From assembly GCA_014384375.1 (NCBI GenBank), contig JACNFY010000034.1, forward strand, positions 1,674 to 65,673: DNA of 64,000 nucleotides, given 5' to 3'. Of this stretch, positions 59,003 to 64,000 are shown piece by piece. Source of the DNA: Nanobdellati archaeon. Lineage in GTDB: Archaea > Nanobdellota > Nanobdellia > Woesearchaeales > GCA-2686295. How positions within the stretch are numbered: position 1 is the stretch's first letter; every line of letters starts with the position of its first letter. The notes under the pieces were generated by a model, which saw only the letters and a program-made list of their open reading frames with translations, ran no database searches and was not told the DNA's origin. The position numbers and the translations under genes are program-made.

Positions 59003-61492
59003 ATGAACAGGAATCAATACAAATCGGTTGCATTGGCGATGGTTTACCTAGTTGTTTCTCTAGTGTTCCTTCATTCTGCAAGTGCTGCGCCTCCACAGAT
59101 TAGCGAGGGCGTAGGGGAACTTTCTTATGTAGAAGTCCTAGGCAGAATTCCAGGGATAAATGGCTTGAGTCAGCCTATCACCCTAATATATACTGGTGGA
59201 GCAGGAATAAAAACAGCTGCTGAGCCTTCTTTGGTCGGTTTAGGTTGGAGTTTGACTTTTGGCTCGATAAACAGAATGATTACTGGTATTCCTGATGATT
59301 ACGCTTACAAAGATTATAGAACTATTTATGTCAATAATTACGATGATTCCCAGACAGACGACACAAGGAGCTGGTGGGAGAAGTGGAAAGAAGTAGTTGT
59401 TTTCATCATAGTGCTTGTCGTTGTCGTTGTTGTTGCAGTATTAACTGGTGGAGCTAGTCTTGCTGGAACGGGAGCCGTTTTAAGTGCTATAGGAGGTGCT
59501 TTTGTAGGTGGATCCTTGATTGTCATAACTTTTGCAACGTCAGTAATCACTACTTTAGTATTGGCCTCTATGGAAGGGAAGCTGTCAGAGCTCAAGCTCT
59601 TTAAGGATGTTCTTGCACCTGCTCTTATAAGTGCAGCATTTGCTTTCATAGGGGGAGGGGTGGCAGATAAATTAGGACCTCTATTATCTGAAGGTGGTAA
59701 AATTGGCATCTTTTTGGCAGAGCATGGATTACAAGTAAGTGAAAAGATCATAGAAGTTTCATCTGTAGTGATGCAGGCTGGAACCTTTGTTCAGGCATCT
59801 GTTACTCTCGTACAGGTTTATGATTTTTTTAGAGGTAAAGCTCCTTACACAATAAATCAAGAGTGGAGGTCAATTTACAATACTGATACAGCTGCAGGAC
59901 TTTTTATTGAAAGACCTTTTGGTTACATAACTTATGATGAGTATTTCTCAGACCCAAGCTTATTACCTGATGATGCTAGAACTGATTGGTATAGCTTTTT
60001 TGACCCTTCGAATGCTGAGAAGATATTCATTCCTAGAACAGCTTTATATACTGCCAGCGATATAAAAGCAAGGGTTTACCAGTATCCTGCAAGAGAGTTT
60101 GGTAAAGCTGATATGGGAACCATGGATTCATGGACCATGTCAGGGGGTCCTGGCGGAACCATGCATTACGAGCCGTTCAAAGGCTTTAGGACTTTGAATG
60201 GTTTCAAGAGTCCGGAGATAGAATACTTCAGGGGTGACTCAGGGCTTATAGAGATGTTTGTCGTGACAGACATAGGTGGTAAGAGGTTTGTTTATGGATC
60301 TTTAAATCATGATGCTGGGGATAAAGAATGGGTTTATGTTTCAGGAGCTTTCGCTTATTACTATATGTTTATGGAAGGAAATGATCAGGAAACGAAGAAT
60401 AAGCATACATTTGCCGAGTTCACACTTGATCCTTATGTTATCAATTGGAAGCTAACAGCTGTTCTTGGCCCAGAGTATCGAGGTCCATTGAATCCTTTGG
60501 AAAACTCTGTTGTTAAATTTGGAAGTTCAGAATGCTCTTTAGGAACAGGTGAATATTGCTTGTCTTGGATAGGTTCAAATAAAGTCGAAGTTTTCCCTGA
60601 TGGAAGTTATGAATGTTCCTCGCTAGGTACTTCTTATCCTTGTGAAGTAATCCACGACACCAGCCATGGCTCTTGGGTTGCTTACACTTATAAGACTGTT
60701 TATGCTAAGGACGAGCCTACCGGTAGTTGTGGCTATAACTTTGGCCAGTTAGATGGTCAGCCTTCAAAGCAGATAGAGCCAGAGGAGGGTTGTTTTGTTG
60801 GTAGTACTCCTTGCATAAAGGATGAGCAGGGCAATAAGTGGGAGATAGTATACGATGAATCATACTTTGGGGGTTATGGTAGCAAGTCATATATCAACAG
60901 GATTTACACTCCTGTAGCAGAGGCTAGGTTCTCTACTTCGGAGAGATTGGATGCTTTGGAGTCTGATTACTGGACTAATGATGAGCTAGGCGCTGCTGAT
61001 GCTTATCCGTCTGGCATGAATGTTGGGGAGGACTATAGTGGTAATCTTTTTGATTATTGGAAAACTCCTTGGACTTATGACCATAATTTGCATGCGTTCA
61101 GCTGCCGTGACGGCAGCTATAGTTCTGTTTGGTGTGCAGGCACTGAGATTTATGACGGTTCAGAGTATCTAGCTGCGAATGGGAACAGTTTCCCATTCAC
61201 ATGCGATGCTAATCCAGTTGACCGCTTGCACAAGTTGAACACTGTGGAAATATTGATGTATAATGATAACTCACAACCTGAGAGGGTTAAGAAGATATAT
61301 TTCAACAAGTACCTTTCAGGAACAAGTCTGTATACTGTTTCACAAGCAAACCAGTATAGGCTGAAGAAGTACTCAGCTAAGGGTGCTCCTAGTTATAATC
61401 GCGGCGTTTATACTTTGAATAGTGTGGTTGTTTGTGGACAGACAGATAGCATTTGTGATGATGAGTTCACGTTTGCGTATAATGAGGTATGA
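59003..61492 (+). CDS. Secreted protein with SpvB/TcB-like (RHS shell N-terminal) region
   Basis: Signal peptide; GELSY...IPGINGLSQPITLIY..GI...S.VGLGWSL.FGSINR...GIPDD; later F.VTD..GKRFVYG, WKLTAV, L..I.TP. Confidence 0.7.
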   Translation: MNRNQYKSVALAMVYLVVSLVFLHSASAAPPQISEGVGELSYVEVLGRIPGINGLSQPITLIYTGGAGIKTAAEPSLVGLGWSLTFGSINRMITGIPDDYAYKDYRTIYVNNYDDSQTDDTRSWWEKWKEVVVFIIVLVVVVVVAVLTGGASLAGTGAVLSAIGGAFVGGSLIVITFATSVITTLVLASMEGKLSELKLFKDVLAPALISAAFAFIGGGVADKLGPLLSEGGKIGIFLAEHGLQVSEKIIEVSSVVMQAGTFVQASVTLVQVYDFFRGKAPYTINQEWRSIYNTDTAAGLFIERPFGYITYDEYFSDPSLLPDDARTDWYSFFDPSNAEKIFIPRTALYTASDIKARVYQYPAREFGKADMGTMDSWTMSGGPGGTMHYEPFKGFRTLNGFKSPEIEYFRGDSGLIEMFVVTDIGGKRFVYGSLNHDAGDKEWVYVSGAFAYYYMFMEGNDQETKNKHTFAEFTLDPYVINWKLTAVLGPEYRGPLNPLENSVVKFGSSECSLGTGEYCLSWIGSNKVEVFPDGSYECSSLGTSYPCEVIHDTSHGSWVAYTYKTVYAKDEPTGSCGYNFGQLDGQPSKQIEPEEGCFVGSTPCIKDEQGNKWEIVYDESYFGGYGSKSYINRIYTPVAEARFSTSERLDALESDYWTNDELGAADAYPSGMNVGEDYSGNLFDYWKTPWTYDHNLHAFSCRDGSYSSVWCAGTEIYDGSEYLAANGNSFPFTCDANPVDRLHKLNTVEILMYNDNSQPERVKKIYFNKYLSGTSLYTVSQANQYRLKKYSAKGAPSYNRGVYTLNSVVVCGQTDSICDDEFTFAYNEV

Positions 61493-62847
61493 TTAGTAAG
61501 ATGAGAAAGAAAGTATTATTCGTGATGTTGTCGCTTTTCTTGATTAGTGTTAGCCCTGACTTTACAATTGCAGGGTTGCAAGAGTATTGCCTTGAAAAGT
61601 ACTGTGAACCAATTTGTGACTGTAGTGGTGAAACTGAGTGTAACGATATTGCGCAGAATGCTTTTTGGAAAGGTCAAGCAATGCCTGGGGAGGTAGACTT
61701 TTTTTGTGAGGATTATCTGGAAACAGATGTGTATGGAGGTGTAGCTTGTGATTTTGAGCCTTCAGGTATAACTTTAGACTTGAGCACAGCTCAGGGAAGG
61801 TCAAATGAAATAAGATACATTCATGGGAAAAGGGTTTACGTGGATGAGGACACTATTGGTCAGTGTAGCGTAACTTACGGAGGTTCTTCTCCAACCTATG
61901 TTGTGACTAGTGCGCAGAGGATACCCTTGGGGAGTTATGAGACAACCACATTTTCTGGTTGTCAAATTGGTAAGCCAAAAAAAGTTAGTTCCGCAACAAC
62001 CCAGGGGAATTCAATCATATACCCTCCAACTAAGGCAACTCTTTACAGATATGAATTTAATTATGATAATGTCGGCGGCTCTGGCACAGTATGCGGAGCT
62101 AACGAATACTGTATCTTAAAGAAATCTGGCGATAATTTCGGTGTTTGCAAAACAATCGAGAATATTGAGGACTTTACTGATGTATTCGGGTATTTCTGTC
62201 CGGGTTGTAGTAAGAATGAGAGGAATTCAGGTACGACGTTGCAGATGAAGTTCAGTCCTATATTAGCTGATAATTTTGATGCTTGGGCTTTAAGCACTGT
62301 TCAGGATTCCATAGGAAATGTCTACACTATCTATTATGAGCCTAAAGAATGGTTCACATCAAGAGGGGACATGTCAAATGGCGGTGTCAATTATTATCAT
62401 TCTGGCATGACTGAATGCATTTCAAACTTTGGTCCGGGTGTTAGAGTGGCTAGTATGGAGGTTTGTAATGACATGGGTGATTGTGTTACAACAAGCAATA
62501 ATTATGAGCTTAATGACACTAATCTGGATTGTATAAGGACTTCTGGAGTTGTTGACGTGGTTCCAGTAACAAAGGCAAAGAGTGCGTATCGACGTTTAAA
62601 ATCGCCTCTCTTACATCCCGATGGTACACATAAAACTATGAGACTCGAAGACGTTGACGTTAGGAAGGGTTCTCATCTGGCAGTACCAAATGTAGCAGGA
62701 GGAGTGATGTACAACCAAGTCGGTTTAAGAGTGTCTGGTACGCCTGGCAGGATAACTAACAAGTATTTCACAACAGACAGTTCAGCAGATAGCCTAGACA
62801 ACTTTTTTGATTATAGCTTTTTAGATAAAGGGTTTATATTAAGATGA
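61489..62847 (+). CDS. Secreted Cys-rich protein with RHS/YD shell mid-segment
   Basis: Signal peptide; WALSTVQDSIGNVYTIYYE...GPGVRVASM...YE..SG...V.Y.QV...G.IT..YFT. Confidence 0.6.
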   Translation: MISKMRKKVLFVMLSLFLISVSPDFTIAGLQEYCLEKYCEPICDCSGETECNDIAQNAFWKGQAMPGEVDFFCEDYLETDVYGGVACDFEPSGITLDLSTAQGRSNEIRYIHGKRVYVDEDTIGQCSVTYGGSSPTYVVTSAQRIPLGSYETTTFSGCQIGKPKKVSSATTQGNSIIYPPTKATLYRYEFNYDNVGGSGTVCGANEYCILKKSGDNFGVCKTIENIEDFTDVFGYFCPGCSKNERNSGTTLQMKFSPILADNFDAWALSTVQDSIGNVYTIYYEPKEWFTSRGDMSNGGVNYYHSGMTECISNFGPGVRVASMEVCNDMGDCVTTSNNYELNDTNLDCIRTSGVVDVVPVTKAKSAYRRLKSPLLHPDGTHKTMRLEDVDVRKGSHLAVPNVAGGVMYNQVGLRVSGTPGRITNKYFTTDSSADSLDNFFDYSFLDKGFILR

Positions 62848-64000
62848 GAAAAAAAGATTTCATAATGAAAATAGCAAGAATGTTGGTTATAGTGTTTGCT
62901 CTTGTTTTTTCTTCATTGCTCACTTTAGCTGCTCAACCGGCTGATTGTAACAACATAGGAGGAATTTATTGTAATGATGGAAAATGTTATACCGCTCCTA
63001 ACAATTTAAGTGTGGGTGCAAGTGTGTCATGCACTATAGACTCTGTTCAGGAGATTGATGTGGGTCTATCTAATTTAAATTTAGCAAATGGTTTTTTATA
63101 CTTTGCTACTCTGACAATAAATTCTGGAGCCAAGCTTCACTTTTATAATAGTGAGGGAATAACAAATCAAGCTCATTTAATAGACCCTTCAAACTCAGGT
63201 AGGGGTGGCAGAGGAAGCAAGACCAAGTATGGAAAATATGGTGGTGACGGCGGAGGAGGTGGCTTAGTTGGTGCAGGAGGTCAAGCTGGTAGCAGAGGTA
63301 AAGGACCGAATAGCTATGGACCAACAAGCGGAGGAAATAATTTAGATTCAAAGCCTGGAGCAGCGATAGGGATAATCGCACAGACTTTGACTTTGAATGG
63401 CGAACTCTCTGTTTCAGCTTATGGTTCTGGTGATAGTGCATCAGACGCTGGTGGGGATGGTCCTGGTGGTGGTGGTGGCGGCGCAGGTGGCGCAGGCGGA
63501 GGTCTCCTAGTTCTTAGTGTTAGAACATTTAGTGGTGCTGGAACTATAAATGCTATAGGTGCTAATGGTGGAAGTGGTGGTGATGGTGGTCACAAGTGGC
63601 TTAGTCGTCACTCAGGTGGAGGTGGAGGTGGAGGCGGTGGTGGAGCTGGAGGAGTAGTGTATTTCAATAAGACCTCTGGTCCTTCAATTAATGTTGATCG
63701 CGGTGCAGGAGGTTCAAGAGGTAGCGAAGGTGCTAATGCTGCAGCTAATGGTCATGCCGGGAGCAACGGTAAGCCTGGAAAAACTTATTTGGGCAATATC
63801 TGGAGTATAGAAGAGAACTTCTCAAACATAGATCTTACAGCAATGGACTTTGATATAAGTCTTGACCTTACCAAGTTCTGGGATTACCCAGAGACGTTTA
63901 GAGACAACATATTGGACCAAGCCAGACTTTCCAAGAGCTGGATGAGAGGCTATCCTTACCATACTATCTACGAAGCAGAAGATTATGCGACTTGTGAAGG
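62844..64000 (+). CDS. Secreted glycine-rich protein, probably continuing the RHS-like shell (partial; not in ORF track)
   Basis: ATGA overlap with the previous stop and open to the window end. Translated by hand: MRKKDF..signal..Cys domain..GGDGPGGGGGGAGGAGGG..SGGGGGGGGGGAGG..SKSWMRGYPY. Confidence 0.8.
   Translation, partial: MRKKDFIMKIARMLVIVFALVFSSLLTLAAQPADCNNIGGIYCNDGKCYTAPNNLSVGASVSCTIDSVQEIDVGLSNLNLANGFLYFATLTINSGAKLHFYNSEGITNQAHLIDPSNSGRGGRGSKTKYGKYGGDGGGGGLVGAGGQAGSRGKGPNSYGPTSGGNNLDSKPGAAIGIIAQTLTLNGELSVSAYGSGDSASDAGGDGPGGGGGGAGGAGGGLLVLSVRTFSGAGTINAIGANGGSGGDGGHKWLSRHSGGGGGGGGGGAGGVVYFNKTSGPSINVDRGAGGSRGSEGANAAANGHAGSNGKPGKTYLGNIWSIEENFSNIDLTAMDFDISLDLTKFWDYPETFRDNILDQARLSKSWMRGYPYHTIYEAEDYATCE

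Noticed and set aside
63106..63441. 111-aa minus-strand ORF
   Set aside because: Antisense to the glycine-rich plus-strand ORF starting at 62844

Overview
AT-rich archaeal chromosome segment, most consistent with a DPANN archaeon, probably Woesearchaeota-like. This lineage call is inferred from TFS, NMD3, Hel308, Taw1/TYW1, an archaeal CCA-adding enzyme, a BHB-intron tRNA and GGTGA-type ribosome-binding sites, alongside bacterial-type ThyA/DHFR/GlyA/FolC. Layout: (1) 1-19.9 kb, two divergent surface or small-molecule modification clusters holding six radical SAM genes, repeated nucleotidyltransferase + rSAM/SPASM units, glycosyltransferases, a methyltransferase and a membrane-anchored deaminase, with a WYL/MNT-HEPN islet between them. 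(2) 20-30 kb, housekeeping genes, including an intein-bearing Hel308 that lacks its N-terminal RecA1 domain. (3) 30-38 kb, a folate/thymidylate/dNTP cluster. (4) 38-52 kb, mixed genes, three of which carry ~48-nt twin-hairpin elements within their reading frames; also a tRNA(CAG) with a Ser-like body and a T-loop intron, and a fic gene flanked by direct repeats. (5) 52.4 kb to the end, a co-oriented secreted-protein operon with beta-helix adhesin-like proteins, an ABC exporter and what looks like an RHS/Tc-toxin B-C shell split over at least four separately signal-peptided proteins. All homology calls come from motif recognition by eye, not from database searches.
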